A stretch of 63,827 nucleotides of DNA, filler included, from Octopus bimaculoides (lineage: Eukaryota): the NCBI RefSeq assembly GCF_001194135.2. It is 10 parts of 9 records of this genome, joined end to end, with 100 filler letters (N's around TTAATTAATTAA, not from the genome) between each part and the next. Parts side by side here need not be neighbours in the genome. Positions count along the whole stretch, not along the records: positions 62,763 to 63,827 come from NW_026315342.1; 9 more parts are not named here. One strand, given 5' to 3'. Under the pieces are notes generated by a model that saw nothing but the letters and a program-made list of their open reading frames with translations, was not told the DNA's origin and did no database searches. Numbering within the stretch: position 1 is the stretch's first letter; each line of letters opens with the position of its first letter. Positions 62,975 to 63,827 of this stretch are shown here, piece by piece. Made by a program: the position numbers and the translations under genes.

Positions 62975-63827
62975 CATACATACGTACATGTTTGTGCCTA
63001 TATATTTATGATTCTCTTAATAAATCCAATATATATATATATATGGGGTAGGATTAGTCTGTTTTGAGCTGTGTGCGATTTTACGTCTGTATGTGTGTAT
63101 GCGTATGTGTGGGTTTATACATAGATATACATATATAAACACATATGTAAGCATATCATTGGATAAATGTGTATCTCTGTTCTTTATCAGTTCACGTCTG
63201 TACTCAAATATATACGTGTTTACATATATTTAACGTTTGCGTATATTCCAGAATATACAAACACAGCTTCACTTTCGTCTTACGTATCTAGTAATCTGTG
63301 TACGAAAAGGTTTACATGTTAGTGTATAAATCTCTATATGAATATATCTATGTGGATACATGTTTTTGCGTCTGCATAGTTATGTGAATTAGTATTCAAT
63401 TTGATAAACTTGTTTTCTCTACCGCACAACTTTTAAACAGAAATAATTTGTTCCAACGTTTTTCAAGTTTACGCAACGTATTCCATAACCCGTTCTCGTT
63501 ATATAATATATAACCCGAACTGCTATTTGTTTGTTTGCCAATGTTTTCTTTGTGTGCGTTTGGAAAATTTGTATGCTTTAGAAAAGTTACTTCGAAAATA
63601 AAAGAATTTCGAGAGCTTTGAATTTTAATAAAAAAATATTCTACTTTTCTTATGACGATGAAAAATTTGACAAGAAATATTGTTTAAAAAAATAATGTAA
63701 TAACACAAGAGAATGACATATGAAAAGAAAAAAAGAACTATAAAAAATACAAAGGCTTCTAGTATAAGCAGTAAAATAGAAAGTTGCTCATGACACACAC
63801 ACACACACACAGACGCATATATATGTA

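Overview
Repeat-dominated, gap-rich draft scaffold from an AT-rich animal genome. The microsatellite load and the SINE/LINE families suggest Octopus, but this is inference from recalled repeat families, not a search result. About a quarter of the window is N, and nine 100-bp gaps carry an artificial TTAATTAATTAA spacer. No host protein-coding gene could be established: almost all listed ORFs are microsatellite or N artefacts, and only a few isolated exon-like islands remain as candidates. Supported features are: several tRNA-derived SINE families (two with clean target-site duplications); a decayed Tc1 transposon with an IR/DR-type end; a TTAA-flanked piggyBac-like MITE and other MITEs; fragments of RTE and CR1/L2-type LINEs; R4/Dong-type REL retrotransposons; and several minisatellites. 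The most notable signals are (i) 5'-truncated retroelements sitting with the same microsatellite on both sides, namely REL elements in (CATA)n and in (TAA)n, plus a LINE 3' end in (ATT)n and an RTE-like end in (TATG)n, (ii) two decayed type I hammerhead-ribozyme-like motifs, and (iii) a ~32-bp minisatellite built from RFX X-box-like half-sites.
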